A DNA stretch of 64,000 nt, from contig VFJS01000003.1 of the NCBI GenBank assembly GCA_009885955.1, positions 147,086 through 211,085 on the forward strand, written 5' to 3'. The translations under genes and the position numbers were made by a program. Position 1 is the stretch's first letter, and the number at the start of each line of letters is the position of its first letter. This DNA is from Spirochaetia bacterium. Its GTDB lineage: Bacteria > Spirochaetota > UBA4802 > UBA5550. The notes under the pieces were generated by a model. It saw nothing but the letters and a program-made list of their open reading frames with translations. It did no database searches and was not told the DNA's origin. Shown piece after piece: positions 38,625 to 49,504 of the stretch.

Positions 38625-39095
38625 TTACATAGTAACCCTGGTCTGTTTAAATAGATCCATGCTTGCAAATATGGGGATGTATTTCTCCATTTCAAAAACC
38701 GAAAACATTTTGTGAATTCTGTCTGACTTGCATACAACTGAAAGTGATTTAAATCTTTTTGAGTGCATTTTATTGAATGAGTAGAGAAAGGTTATCCCTG
38801 CGGAATCAATAGAGTTTAAATCATCCAGGTCCAGTATCAGGTTCAAACCATCCAGGTCTTCCATGTCGGCTTCTATGGATTTCATGAAAACCTGTGAATT
38901 GGAGAGCCCAAGTTCATTTAACAATACCTTGATAACTGCTGTATCACCGGTTTTATAAATTTCAAAATTTTTTGGAAACATAATTAATTCATCCGGGTAA
39001 TCAAAATTTTTTTCTCTTTTCTGTTCATTTTTGTAAAATGTGTTAATCTTTATATCCTTTTCGTTTACAGGATCATTAATTATATATACATGCAT
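38625..39095 (-). CDS. STAS-domain protein (anti-sigma-factor antagonist-like)
   Basis: 'LNLILDLDDLNSIDSAGITFLYSF' is a typical STAS/SpoIIAA motif. Co-oriented immediately downstream of the large sensor kinase. Confidence 0.65.
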   Translation of the reverse strand: MHVYIINDPVNEKDIKINTFYKNEQKREKNFDYPDELIMFPKNFEIYKTGDTAVIKVLLNELGLSNSQVFMKSIEADMEDLDGLNLILDLDDLNSIDSAGITFLYSFNKMHSKRFKSLSVVCKSDRIHKMFSVFEMEKYIPIFASMDLFKQTRVTM

Positions 39096-39228
39096 GAAAG
39101 GGAAAAGAGTAAAAAAAAATCAGAATTAATAACTATTTCATTGAATTTTTTAGGTTTATGATGACCTGTTCCAATACCTCCACCTGGTCGCAACTCGGCT
39201 AAAGCCTTTTTTGCATGCTCCATCTATA

Positions 39229-42144
39229 TTATGCTTCAAATTCCAGGATACAGCTTGTGCCGTCACCCCTCTCAATTCTGAAAGTTCCATTTACCTGCCT
39301 GGCCAGGCTATCCACAAGTACAAGCCCGAAACCTTTTAAGTCATCAATTTGGTAGCCTTCAGGAATTCCGACTCCGTTATCATGAATTGTGAGTGATACC
39401 ATGTTGCCATTTTTTGATCCGATGATCCGGATTAATCCTTTCTTCCTGCCGGCAAAGGCATGTTTCATTATGTTCGTCAGCAATTCATTGACTATGATCC
39501 CCAGCGGGAAGATCAGCCTGGCATGGAGGATAATATCATCAAAACTTTTTTCAATTTTTATTTTTCCATGATCCGGGAACATGGATATAATTTCATCTGC
39601 CAGATCATTGAGATACTCGTTAATGGGTATTTCCCTGTAGTTGTCCGCGCGGTAGAGCTTGTCATAGAGGATTCCCATGCTCTGAATACGGCTCCTGGCT
39701 GTCTGGATCGATTGAAGCGCAGCATGGTCCATGATAGAATCTTCCTGCATCGAAAGTATGTTTTCAATGACATTCATGTTGTTTTTAATCCGGTGGTGCA
39801 CCTCTTTCAGCAGCATTTCCTTCTCATGAAGCAGGGCCAGGACCCTGTCTTCGGCAATTTTACGGCCGGCAATGTTTTCAACCATGGCAAAGTAGTAGAG
39901 GAAGTTTCCCCTGTTGTCCGCCATTTTGCTCACCGTAAGCGAGCCCCATACCAGGGCCCCGTCCTTTTTTATATACTGCTTTTCGGTATGATATATCGGT
40001 AATTCACCGAGGTAAAGTTTCCTGATTGATTCAATGTCCCTGTTTATCCGGTCGGGGAGTGTCACGTCCTTTATGGTGAGCCTGCACAGCTCCTCTTCAT
40101 CATAGCCGAGCATTTCGCAGTATGAATCGTTGACTTGCAGGAACCGGAGGTCAGCTCCCACAATACTCATTCCCATGGGGCTCCTTTCAAAGATATTCCT
40201 GAACTGCTCTTCGCTCTCACGGAGGAGCGCCTCGATTTTTTTTCTTTCTGTGATGTCCCGGATAAATCCCACAATGGAGCCGTTTTGACCGGGAAGGTGC
40301 CTGGCGCTTATCTCCACATCGTAGAGCGTCCCATCCTTTCGGCGGTGCCTGCTTTCAAATCTGTCACTGCCCATTGAAATGATTATTTGAATATGGTTCC
40401 TGGTATCTTTTCTGGTCTCAACTGCTTCCAGGTCATTAATGCTCATTTTCAACAGCTCATATTCACTGTATCCGCTCATTTTTGAGAAGGCTTCGTTCAC
40501 CTGCAGCAGCCCCCCCTTCATGTCCACCTGGAAGAAGCCGTCCATTGCGGATTGAATAAATGATCGGTTTTTATCCTCGCTCCAGCGGAGCACCTCCTCC
40601 ATGAGCCTTCTTTCAGTGATATCCATGACGCTTCCAAGGATCGAAACAGGGTTCCCATCGCTGCTTTTTAAAATTACCGCGTTCAGGGAAATCCAGTAGT
40701 GCATGCCGTCCTTTCTTACCGATTTCACTTCCCTGTTTCTCACATGCCCTTTTGCATTTAAATCAGCAATAAATGATACCCTGTCAACGGCGTCGGCATA
40801 GAGATTGCCGGCCGGCATGGCCATGAATTGCTCTATGTTTTCATAACCGGCCATCTGGGCAATGGCCGAGTTGACGCTTAAAAATTTTCCATCAAATGTG
40901 CTCTGGAAAATTCCTACGTTGATGTTTTCCACCAGTATACGGTATTTTTCTTCACTATCCCGGAGTGATATTTCCGCTCTCTTGCTTTCTGTAATGTCTT
41001 TGACGGCGCCTACCATTGAAAGAGAGCCTTCACTGCTCTTTTTCGGGTTTGCAAAAATTCTGATCCACCTCTCTGTACCTGATTTTCTTATTGATCTGCA
41101 CTCAAATGTTCCTGATTCATCGGACTGCAGCATTTTTTTCATAAATTCGGCAAATAAAGCCCTGTCACCGGGGTGAATGGTTTTATTCCACTCCTCTGGC
41201 CCCGGGATATCATCCACGGTCCGTCCAGTGGCCAGGGACATGTTATCCGAAGCCCACCTCAGTTTCAATCCGCCATCCGGCTGAATATCCACGACAAAAA
41301 TATAGTCCGTGGTAAGCTCGGATATGATTTTGGTCCTCCATTCGCTTTCCTTCAGCGCTTCTCCGGCCTTTATGCGATCGGTGACATCCCTGGCGAGCAC
41401 CACGAACCTTGTATTGCCGGAAATTCTATCTCTCTTTTCGGCTATAGACATTTCAAACCATTTTTTCCCATCAGGCAGATCAAGGGAGTAAACAGAGCCG
41501 GTGTGCCACCCCTTTTGTGCTGCATCGGCGAGGGCTTTGTCTATAACTTCAGCAGCATCGGGCGGCAGCACCTCGCTCATGCGCCTTCCCATGAATGTTT
41601 CCGGCGGCGCATAGAGGTTGCTGTATGTCGGAGCCCGGTAGTCATAGATGCGCCCCTCCCGGTCGACCTCGAACATCAGGTCGGGAATTGCAGCCAGGGT
41701 GGCCTTCATATCCGTGTCTGCCCGGATCAGCTTCTCCTCCCTCTCCTTCAGTCCGGTATGGGCATCGAAAAGTTCAAAGGCCATTTCGATTGATGACTGG
41801 AGCACAAAATTTCCCGAATTTTTTATGATGTATCCGTACCGTGTAATGTGGCGGACTTTTTCCACCATTTCCCGCTCTATATGGGAGGTGAGAAACACTA
41901 TGGGGAGACACCTCTTTTCAAGGATCCTCCTGGCAGCCTCGGTCCCGTCAATCCCCTTTCCCAGATCGATATCCATGAGTATGAGGCTGATAGAGAGGTC
42001 TGTGGAGGCAATGGTGACAGCCTTCTCCCCGGATTCCGTTGTAATCACTTCATATCCGAAACGTTTTATGGCTTTTGACTGGGCCATTGCTATGAACGGC
42101 TCATCTTCTACAAGGAGGATTGTTTTTTTTTCATCAGTTGTCAT
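39229..42144 (-). CDS. Multi-PAS sensor histidine kinase with N-terminal receiver domain (HisKA_2-type H-box)
   Basis: N-terminal REC (ILLVEDEPFIA...LILMDIDLGKGIDG), several PAS/PAC blocks, H-box 'EVHHRIKNNMNVIENIL', HATPase 'HDNGVGIP...GFGLVLVDSLA'. Confidence 0.85.
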   Translation of the reverse strand: MTTDEKKTILLVEDEPFIAMAQSKAIKRFGYEVITTESGEKAVTIASTDLSISLILMDIDLGKGIDGTEAARRILEKRCLPIVFLTSHIEREMVEKVRHITRYGYIIKNSGNFVLQSSIEMAFELFDAHTGLKEREEKLIRADTDMKATLAAIPDLMFEVDREGRIYDYRAPTYSNLYAPPETFMGRRMSEVLPPDAAEVIDKALADAAQKGWHTGSVYSLDLPDGKKWFEMSIAEKRDRISGNTRFVVLARDVTDRIKAGEALKESEWRTKIISELTTDYIFVVDIQPDGGLKLRWASDNMSLATGRTVDDIPGPEEWNKTIHPGDRALFAEFMKKMLQSDESGTFECRSIRKSGTERWIRIFANPKKSSEGSLSMVGAVKDITESKRAEISLRDSEEKYRILVENINVGIFQSTFDGKFLSVNSAIAQMAGYENIEQFMAMPAGNLYADAVDRVSFIADLNAKGHVRNREVKSVRKDGMHYWISLNAVILKSSDGNPVSILGSVMDITERRLMEEVLRWSEDKNRSFIQSAMDGFFQVDMKGGLLQVNEAFSKMSGYSEYELLKMSINDLEAVETRKDTRNHIQIIISMGSDRFESRHRRKDGTLYDVEISARHLPGQNGSIVGFIRDITERKKIEALLRESEEQFRNIFERSPMGMSIVGADLRFLQVNDSYCEMLGYDEEELCRLTIKDVTLPDRINRDIESIRKLYLGELPIYHTEKQYIKKDGALVWGSLTVSKMADNRGNFLYYFAMVENIAGRKIAEDRVLALLHEKEMLLKEVHHRIKNNMNVIENILSMQEDSIMDHAALQSIQTARSRIQSMGILYDKLYRADNYREIPINEYLNDLADEIISMFPDHGKIKIEKSFDDIILHARLIFPLGIIVNELLTNIMKHAFAGRKKGLIRIIGSKNGNMVSLTIHDNGVGIPEGYQIDDLKGFGLVLVDSLARQVNGTFRIERGDGTSCILEFEA

Positions 42145-42814
42145 AGTGTATACCTGGCCAGTATTCTGCCATAAAGTATCGAATTAATGGCAGAATCAAA
42201 TATTTTCCCCCATAACCGAAATATCTATTAATTCTTAGAAGTTGAGATTGATACGTATACTCTATTCATTGTTTTCAAATAGTCAATTACTTTTTAGAAG
42301 AAAATAAGGGATTCAGAAGGACGTGAATTAAAATTCGTCAAGTAAATTGGGAAATACTCCGGCATCCCTGTCAATTTAATAATTGCCCACATCTATTGCA
42401 TTCCGGCCCCCTAAAGTATGTTATTGAGCTCGCCAGAAAAATGAGACTTAATTTGACGCCATCTGAAAAAGTTTTATGGAAAAAATTGAAGAATAAAAAA
42501 TTGGTTGGAATATCTACTTTACGATTTACAAATGAAGGTAGTAATTCACAATATAAACTATGTTTTAGCTGATATTAAAAAGAATTTAATTTTATAACTA
42601 CGTTTCTTCAAGTCCCCCTTTGGGGGATTTAGGGGGCCTTTTTCGGATGGGTAATGGATAGCTTGTCAAGAGGGAGCAATAGAGTTATGGGGAAGGGTTC
42701 TATTTTTCCGAAAAATAATTTACACCCGGCCCGATGGAATTCATGTAACCTGTAAATATATTGACAAAAACCTTCACCGGGGAATATGGTGCTCAAAGAG
42801 ATGTTCATGCTCAG

Positions 42815-42886
42815 GCGCCTGTAGCTCAAAGGATAGAGCACTGGTCTCCGGAACCAGGTGTGCAGGTTCAATTCCTGCCAGGCGCA
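42815..42886 (+). tRNA. tRNA-Arg (anticodon CCG)
   Basis: Acceptor GCGCCTG/CAGGCGC, D-arm GCTC-AAAGGATA-GAGC, anticodon stem CTGGT/ACCAG with loop CTCCGGA, T-arm GCAGG-TTCAATT-CCTGC, discriminator A. Confidence 0.85.
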
Positions 42887-43016
42887 GATAATAGTAGTAT
42901 CGATTTTTTCCATTCACAATGGCAACAGTAAATTGCTTAAAAATTCTCGAATTGTTCTAGTCGATTGAATTACTTCATGATTGTATAAAAGTAACTTAAA
43001 AGAAATTGTTTTTTTT

Positions 43017-44834
43017 TCACGTAATTAAGTCAAATTCAAAAGTAACCTTTGTACCATGTTCCTGTTCAATTTTTATTCTGCCTTTTACTTCCTTTACCAG
43101 AAGATTGACAAGCATAGTGCCAAATCCTGATGATTCATTGATGTTACCCGTATTTGGATACCCTTTTCCGTTATCCTGAATGATAACTGTTACGTGCCCA
43201 TTTTTCTGTGCTGCGGTCACAGTTATTACCCCTTCTGCATCATCAGGAAAGGCATATTTCATAACATTTGTCAGCAGTTCATTAATAATAATTCCGAGAA
43301 GCTGTGTTGTTTTAGCATTAATAACAATATTTTGTATATTTTGTTCAGTCTGCACTGACCCGCTATTTGGGAAGTTACTGAGAATATGTTCAATCAGGGA
43401 AGGGAGATAATCTGCAAGATTTACCGCTGTAACATTTTCTGAACGGTAAATTTTATCATAGAGTATTGACATGCTGAGAACACGTTTTGCAGTATCTTCC
43501 AGGGCTTTGATTGCCAGAGGATCTTTCAGAGTATGTGTCTGAAGATTTAAAATTGCATGCACAGTGGTGAGGTTATTCTTCAGCCGGTGATGGACTTCTT
43601 TGAGAATGAGTTCTTTTTCGTTAAGCAGAGAATGTATTTTTTCTTCAGCTTTTTTTCTATCGGTTATGTCCATTGATATACCAATGATTCCGATTATTTC
43701 ACCTTCATCATTTACAAAGGGAATTTTACTCGTATTCACCCATTTAGTACCGGTTTTGGTTTCCCAGGGTTCTTCAATATTGATTTTCGGTTTACCTGAG
43801 TTTATCACCGATAGATCATCCTGATAATATTTTTCAGCAATCTCTTTAGGATAGAGGTCATAGAGGCTTTTATTTTCCAGTTCTGACTTCTCTTTTTCCT
43901 GTGCAGCAGCCATGAATTTGTTAACCATTATAAAATTATTATTTTTATCTTTATAGAAAATCAGTCCCGGGATATGATCAAGTATTGCTTCAAGCTGTAG
44001 GGATAGCTGTTTATACCTGGTCTCACTAATTTGAATTTTTGTATTTAATCTTGAAACTTCGGCTAACTGAAAATTTAAATCTGAGAATACCGTGGCATAG
44101 GGTTCTTCAATGCTGACAAGAACGATTGATCGATAGATAAAATAAAATGAGATAATTTTTAATAGATGCCCAAAAACATTTGTCAATCCATAATTATCGG
44201 TATAGAGCGTAAAGCAGAATTCACTCAGTATCGTGGTGATGATGGATGCTACTAAATATTTATACGTCTTTTCATTCACAGATTTTTTATATTTTATCAA
44301 AAACCCCAGGGAGAGGAATAATATAAAACATATAATATATTCGGATACTATTTTAAATTGTGTCTGTCCCTGTCCTTCTATGAAGCATAAAGGAAATATT
44401 TTAAAATAGAATACAGACAATAATGCAGAAGCGGTAATGCTGAAATATACGACAAAAATAACATTGGCATGCACTTTAAATTGCCGCTTGATAAATAGGG
44501 TGAATATCAATAAAGATATACTTTCTATTCCCCTGGCGCATATCCATAACTGATTCGCATAAAATATATCCGAACTGAAAATCATCATACCTTTATATGA
44601 TAAGGTATGGAAGAAATCAATGACGCCTACAAAGAGATAGACAACCCCTAAGAAGACAAAATGGTTTTGTCCGGTTTTATTTCTTGAAATCCACGCAATG
44701 ATAAATATACAGCTTGATATTACTACACTGAATAATTCGGCAAATCCGTGAAATAATAAATAATTATTTCTGCTGACAATGTACGATGCTGCGAGTATTA
44801 GAAGTAAGCCTGCATAAGATACATATTTACCCAT
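43017..44834 (-). CDS. Membrane-embedded sensor histidine kinase (multi-TM sensor + PAS + HisKA_2 + HATPase_c)
   Basis: ~7 N-terminal TM helices, PAS block, H-box 'EVHHRLKNNLTTVHAIL', HATPase 'QDNGKGYP...GFGTMLVNLL'. Confidence 0.8.
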   Translation of the reverse strand: MGKYVSYAGLLLILAASYIVSRNNYLLFHGFAELFSVVISSCIFIIAWISRNKTGQNHFVFLGVVYLFVGVIDFFHTLSYKGMMIFSSDIFYANQLWICARGIESISLLIFTLFIKRQFKVHANVIFVVYFSITASALLSVFYFKIFPLCFIEGQGQTQFKIVSEYIICFILFLSLGFLIKYKKSVNEKTYKYLVASIITTILSEFCFTLYTDNYGLTNVFGHLLKIISFYFIYRSIVLVSIEEPYATVFSDLNFQLAEVSRLNTKIQISETRYKQLSLQLEAILDHIPGLIFYKDKNNNFIMVNKFMAAAQEKEKSELENKSLYDLYPKEIAEKYYQDDLSVINSGKPKINIEEPWETKTGTKWVNTSKIPFVNDEGEIIGIIGISMDITDRKKAEEKIHSLLNEKELILKEVHHRLKNNLTTVHAILNLQTHTLKDPLAIKALEDTAKRVLSMSILYDKIYRSENVTAVNLADYLPSLIEHILSNFPNSGSVQTEQNIQNIVINAKTTQLLGIIINELLTNVMKYAFPDDAEGVITVTAAQKNGHVTVIIQDNGKGYPNTGNINESSGFGTMLVNLLVKEVKGRIKIEQEHGTKVTFEFDLIT

Positions 44835-44923
44835 GTTTTTCCCTCAATTTCAGGATTCCCACTTTTTTTTTTCGAATGACTTTTCAATTTTACATTATGT
44901 TTGTTATTGATGCAATCTTATTT

Positions 44924-47900
44924 TCATTTTATAAATGCCTTCATGAATTCCAGTATTTTCCCATCTTTATTCTGCTCAAAGGCGTTTCGGAGCATCAGGT
45001 AGGGCTCGTCCTTTGCGGTGAAGTCGGCATGCTGGATCAGGTAATGGATTGCGTCGGCATAATTTTCCATTTTGGCGCTGATCTGGAAGAGCTTCTGTAA
45101 AATGGCCCTTGGATCAATCTGGCCCGTGTAGTCATTGTTCAGGCTGCCCAGGGCCCTGAGGAGTTCATCCCGCGTTTCCTGGTAATCGTTTTCCATGTAC
45201 GCTATATCGGCAAGGGCAAGATGGGGGAGGATGAGGCCTTTGTCGCTGGCCAGGGCCTTCACAAGGGCTGTTTTCGCAGATTTTACATCTTTTAATTGTA
45301 TTGCGATTTCGGCGATCTGGAGCTGTGTCAGGTGGTTGTCATAGGCCTTTGGATCGGAATTGTTTTTTTCCATAACGGATTTTATCAAACTCATATCCCC
45401 GCCGCTCAGTTCCTTTCTCCTTGAAAGTTCCGCAAGTATCCTCAGGCGGTGGTGAACAAGGAAATCCTCCCTGTCCCTGTCGGGCCCTTTTTTTTCAATT
45501 TCCCCGAGCAAAGCGCGCAGCTTTACGGATTCTGCACCAAGGCTGTTTTGATCAAGATAATTAAAGATGGCCTGCGCCGCACTTGTTTTATCCCATGCGT
45601 ATTCCCCCTCCTTTTTTTTGGGGACTACAGCAAGGAATATGGGCCCGAACTCAAACTGGTATTTTGCCAGGACAGCGCCCTCCATTGAAAGGAAAACCGG
45701 CTTTGATCCTGGTTCGTAGAGGTAAACGGTATCATCCTTTTTATCGTACCCGACCACAGCCGAGATATGCGCCTGGTTCACGCCCGGGAGGCGCAGGAGG
45801 GTGAGCATGGGGACACCCTGCTTCAGGAGGTTAAGGGCAGATGCCATGCTTTCAACCGGGACCGGCATGTACCCTTTGCCTGTGAAATATTCAGTTATCC
45901 TGTTGAGCTGTGTCCCGCCTGCTTCATGGCCGGTGCCCATTGCATCGGCAATATTTTTCTGCGAGGTTGAGTAGTCTCCGTAATGCCTGAGGATAAATTG
46001 GACTGCTATGGGCGCGCAGTAGCTTTTCCCCTGGTAGCCCATACCCGGTTTGAATTTCAGGCGGTAACGCTCCCCGGCATTCTGGTTTTTTACAGAATAG
46101 AAGTTGTTTATTGTTTTAAGGAATTCCCCTGTTCTGTTCAAGGCATTGAGGCCTGAAAACCTGCCGTCGGCAATGACGCTGTTCAGGAGTGTAACTGACT
46201 GCTCCCATTTTCCCGCACGAACTAAAATGTCTGAGATATAAAAGTCCAGGAGGAACTCCCTTTCCCTGTTGTTTGTGACCTTTGCCTGCTGCGCCTTTCT
46301 CCTGGCGAATTTTTCAGCATGTTCCAGGTCCCCAAGGTTGATGAGGGTGTCAATGTACATGTCATCAATTTCATATTCCTTGAACAGTGAAAATTTAAGC
46401 TGATCGGGATTCTCCATGCCCTCCCTGGCGGCAAAATATTTTTCAAGGACCCTTCTGGAATCGCCGAACCTGTATGACCGGGTATGGACATGGGAGGAAA
46501 AGACCAGGTGCCCGGCCAGTTCCGGTTTGGAAAGCCCCTCCTTTTCATACCGTTCTGCCAGCCTGGAAAGTTCATCTGCGCTGAGCCTGGATAGATTCGA
46601 TATCTCTTCAAAGCTCTTTTTCATCACGGAGATGTCCCCTCCGGAGCCTGTCCCTGTATCTCCTTTTTTGTCCTGGCTTGAATAGATATGGGTCAGCATG
46701 GCCCTCTGCATGAGTACGAGGGGGAGGGGATATTCCAGTTCCGGGACAGATGAAACAAGGGTGCCTGTTTTTCCGGCATCGGTTCTGGCAGCGCCTTTCC
46801 CGAATGTAAGGTCCCTGAATGCAAAATGGGTAACGTCTTCCAGGAGGGCCTTCATTGCAACGCCTGACGGGAGTCCGCCTGAAACGGCGATGTCAAAGAT
46901 GTATGATTTAAAGGGGTTGGTGAATGATACCTGGTTGATCCTGCTCACCCCTGATGATTCCATGGAGAGGCCGGGCTGATCAAGTAACATGCGCCACAGA
47001 CCGTCCCAGTTGATGCTGAATTTCCGGGCTGTTCCAAGTGAAAATGAAAAGTCGAGGTTGTTGCCCATGTCGGATTCGCTGAAGGAGATGTTCAGGTTCA
47101 GATAATGGGTTACAGGCCTGTATTCCGAATAGGTCCTCCTGGTCATGAATTTTTTTTCACCGCTTATCCAGAAGATCTGTTCGTTCCTGGACAACATCAC
47201 CGTGGCCCCCCCTATTTTTATGGCTGATGAATTATCCTCGCCGTCCTTCATGTAGGAAATTTCCGTGACAGGGCTGCCGAATATTAATGCCCCCTCCTGG
47301 AAGGCCGGATTGGCAGTGGCCCTGATCCATTCTTTTATTTTTTTCCTTAACTCAATTGTGTTCTTGAATGACATGCCGATATCGGGGAACATATGCTTTA
47401 TTGCACTATGAATGCCCGGATTCGATTTTTTTATATCCGGGAAGAGCAGAGGCAAAGCCGGAATATCCTTTTGGAGTGATGCTGCGCCTGTTTTCTCCAT
47501 ATTTATCAGGGCATCATAACCGATGGCCAGGTCATGGAGCCCGGCCATCACTGAATTGAAGGTGATATTTTTTTTCTCTTTCAGGGGTATTCCTGCCATG
47601 GCACGGGCAAAGAGCCGGGCCGCAGTTTTGTAATCGCCTTTTCTGATGGATTCGCAGCCCAGGAGGTAGTTCAACGGCCCCATGATCCCGGGTATCGTAT
47701 TAATTTCGGAAAAGGATGCAAAGCCAGTCATCCAGAGGACCATTCCCCGGGGAAATAGTTTTTTTGTCTCATCACCGGAACTATCAATATGGTTTTTAAG
47801 GGACCAGCGCCCCCTGTCCAGCGCAGCAAGGAGTATGGAGCCGTAATCGGCATATTTTTTCCCTGCGCCGGCGGACTTGATCCTGCCTTCTGCCGCAGTG

Positions 47901-48112
47901 CGGCCGTTGAGCCAGTAATAGACTATAAGGTCGATGCTGAACTGTTCAATATTCCCATAGGTGAATGTATAATCACTGCCGGGCGGTATCAGGTCTTTTT
48001 TAATCCCGGAGAACAGGCTGTCATTTTCATGTTTCGCTTCTGCGGGTAGAAGGCTTGTATAAAAGATCAGGATGAAAGCCAGGAGGATTGCATGAATTTT
48101 ACAGGGTTTCAT
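44924..48112 (-). CDS. Large secreted TPR-repeat protein with a papain-like (peptidase C39-like) domain
   Basis: Signal peptide. Cys/His catalytic pair context 'GKSYCAPIAVQFILRHYG ... NQAHISAVVGYD' resembles Peptidase_C39_2. Multiple TPR-like helical repeats at the C-terminus. Confidence 0.55.
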   Translation of the reverse strand: MKPCKIHAILLAFILIFYTSLLPAEAKHENDSLFSGIKKDLIPPGSDYTFTYGNIEQFSIDLIVYYWLNGRTAAEGRIKSAGAGKKYADYGSILLAALDRGRWSLKNHIDSSGDETKKLFPRGMVLWMTGFASFSEINTIPGIMGPLNYLLGCESIRKGDYKTAARLFARAMAGIPLKEKKNITFNSVMAGLHDLAIGYDALINMEKTGAASLQKDIPALPLLFPDIKKSNPGIHSAIKHMFPDIGMSFKNTIELRKKIKEWIRATANPAFQEGALIFGSPVTEISYMKDGEDNSSAIKIGGATVMLSRNEQIFWISGEKKFMTRRTYSEYRPVTHYLNLNISFSESDMGNNLDFSFSLGTARKFSINWDGLWRMLLDQPGLSMESSGVSRINQVSFTNPFKSYIFDIAVSGGLPSGVAMKALLEDVTHFAFRDLTFGKGAARTDAGKTGTLVSSVPELEYPLPLVLMQRAMLTHIYSSQDKKGDTGTGSGGDISVMKKSFEEISNLSRLSADELSRLAERYEKEGLSKPELAGHLVFSSHVHTRSYRFGDSRRVLEKYFAAREGMENPDQLKFSLFKEYEIDDMYIDTLINLGDLEHAEKFARRKAQQAKVTNNREREFLLDFYISDILVRAGKWEQSVTLLNSVIADGRFSGLNALNRTGEFLKTINNFYSVKNQNAGERYRLKFKPGMGYQGKSYCAPIAVQFILRHYGDYSTSQKNIADAMGTGHEAGGTQLNRITEYFTGKGYMPVPVESMASALNLLKQGVPMLTLLRLPGVNQAHISAVVGYDKKDDTVYLYEPGSKPVFLSMEGAVLAKYQFEFGPIFLAVVPKKKEGEYAWDKTSAAQAIFNYLDQNSLGAESVKLRALLGEIEKKGPDRDREDFLVHHRLRILAELSRRKELSGGDMSLIKSVMEKNNSDPKAYDNHLTQLQIAEIAIQLKDVKSAKTALVKALASDKGLILPHLALADIAYMENDYQETRDELLRALGSLNNDYTGQIDPRAILQKLFQISAKMENYADAIHYLIQHADFTAKDEPYLMLRNAFEQNKDGKILEFMKAFIK

Positions 48113-48381
48113 AAGGTCTCCTTGTTATCATGCACTTTTATCATGGACTTTGTACAGGCACAAGCTTTTTTTATGGAAGAAGAAGCAGTCTTGAAATATA
48201 TAAAAGAATAGATTGCCACCGGGGATCAGAGACACAGGAGTATTATATTGAATGTGTTAAAGAAGGATCAATATAAGAATTTTACTAAGTATATAGATAC
48301 TATTGATAAATAATCCTAACTTTCTCCGTGCCTCAGTGTCTCTGTGGCTGCTTTTTAATCAGCTCAGATATAATAATATTG

Positions 48382-49059
48382 TTACAGCCCGCTGCCCAGT
48401 TTATACAGCGTCCCTTCTGAAGTGATGTTGCCCTGCGGTTCACTGGTTATTATCATATTTTTTATTTTTTCCGCATTTCCCTCAAGCGCATATTCTTTGC
48501 TCTCGGCATCGGTGGGGTTTCTCGGGGAACAGAGGATCGAATATTTATTATTCATAACCTCAATGCTGTCAATAATGCAGTAGGAGTGGCTGCTCATCGA
48601 GCCCCCGTAGTATTTGGCGATGATTTTTTTATCCAGCTTTATCCTTGAAGGGGCGGACCCTGCCATCACCGGGCCGGTGGCATGATATGTCTTCAACAGG
48701 GCAGCGGGCAATGCCATGCCGCCAGAGGTTTTTACGGCCCCGGACAGGTATCCTCCGAATCCCCAGCCAGTCTTATCCTTCCATTTAATTTTACTCCACC
48801 TGCCGGTTGCTCCGGTTATTGTCATGCTGTTCCCGGTCTCCTCAATGAGGTCCACCCTGTCGCCTTCGGGGATGGTAACAAGAACGGCGCCTGCCGTATC
48901 GGGTTTATCCCTGAGCCGGAGGCCGCCCTTTGCCGTTACATACCTGGAATCGGCTTTCATATCATTTTTATTTGCATCTCCCTGCTGTTTGTCTGACTTG
49001 CCGCATCCGGCAGAGAAAATTATTGAAATGATCAGCAACATACCGGCAATTGATTTCAT
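48382..49059 (-). CDS. Lipoprotein with bacterial SH3 (SH3b) domain
   Basis: Lipobox 'IFSAGCG'. SH3b-like 'YVTAKGGLRLRDKPDTAGAVLVTIPEGDRVDLIEE...WSKIKWKDKTGWGFGGYLS'. Confidence 0.55.
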   Translation of the reverse strand: MKSIAGMLLIISIIFSAGCGKSDKQQGDANKNDMKADSRYVTAKGGLRLRDKPDTAGAVLVTIPEGDRVDLIEETGNSMTITGATGRWSKIKWKDKTGWGFGGYLSGAVKTSGGMALPAALLKTYHATGPVMAGSAPSRIKLDKKIIAKYYGGSMSSHSYCIIDSIEVMNNKYSILCSPRNPTDAESKEYALEGNAEKIKNMIITSEPQGNITSEGTLYKLGSGL

Positions 49060-49228
49060 ATACTGCTCCAGAATTTTTATTATGTCTCACCTGCTGCAAT
49101 ACCCTTTTTATAGATGTTTCCATTTGTCAACAAATTTGTTTGAGGATGTTTTAAAAAATGACATACAGTTTTTTTAATTGACAAATGTTTTTTTGTGTAA
49201 ATGCTTAAATGGGAATAAAAAATTTCGC

Positions 49229-49410
49229 TCACGGATTTGCACGGATAAAAAGGGATAATATTGAATATAAAAGAATTTTTATTTTAATAGGAGAAATAAT
49301 AGGGATTAGTTCACGGTAAAATTTTGAAAATAATCCTTCAATTGATGGGAATATATTTGAGAGTAGCTTTAAGAAATAAATAATCCGTGACTATCCGTGA
49401 AAATCCGTGA
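49229..49410. promoter_or_regulatory. Inverted arrays of TCACGGAT / ATCCGTGA motifs flanking an AT-rich ~135 bp core
   Basis: Left: TCACGGATttgCACGGAT (49229-49246). Right: ATCCGTGActATCCGTGAaaATCCGTGA (49383-49410). Same motif and architecture as 36102-36297. Lies in a divergent intergenic region. Confidence 0.55.
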
Positions 49411-49504
49411 ACAAATATTTGTTTTTGAGCTGAAGCCTTTCAGCAAAATAAAATAATAATGTGAGACGATATGGTGAAGAAGAATATGAAACCGCTGTTT
49501 AAGA

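Noticed and set aside
42629-42913. 94-aa minus-strand ORF
   Set aside because: Overlaps the tRNA-Arg(CCG) gene on the opposite strand, so it is a spurious ORF.
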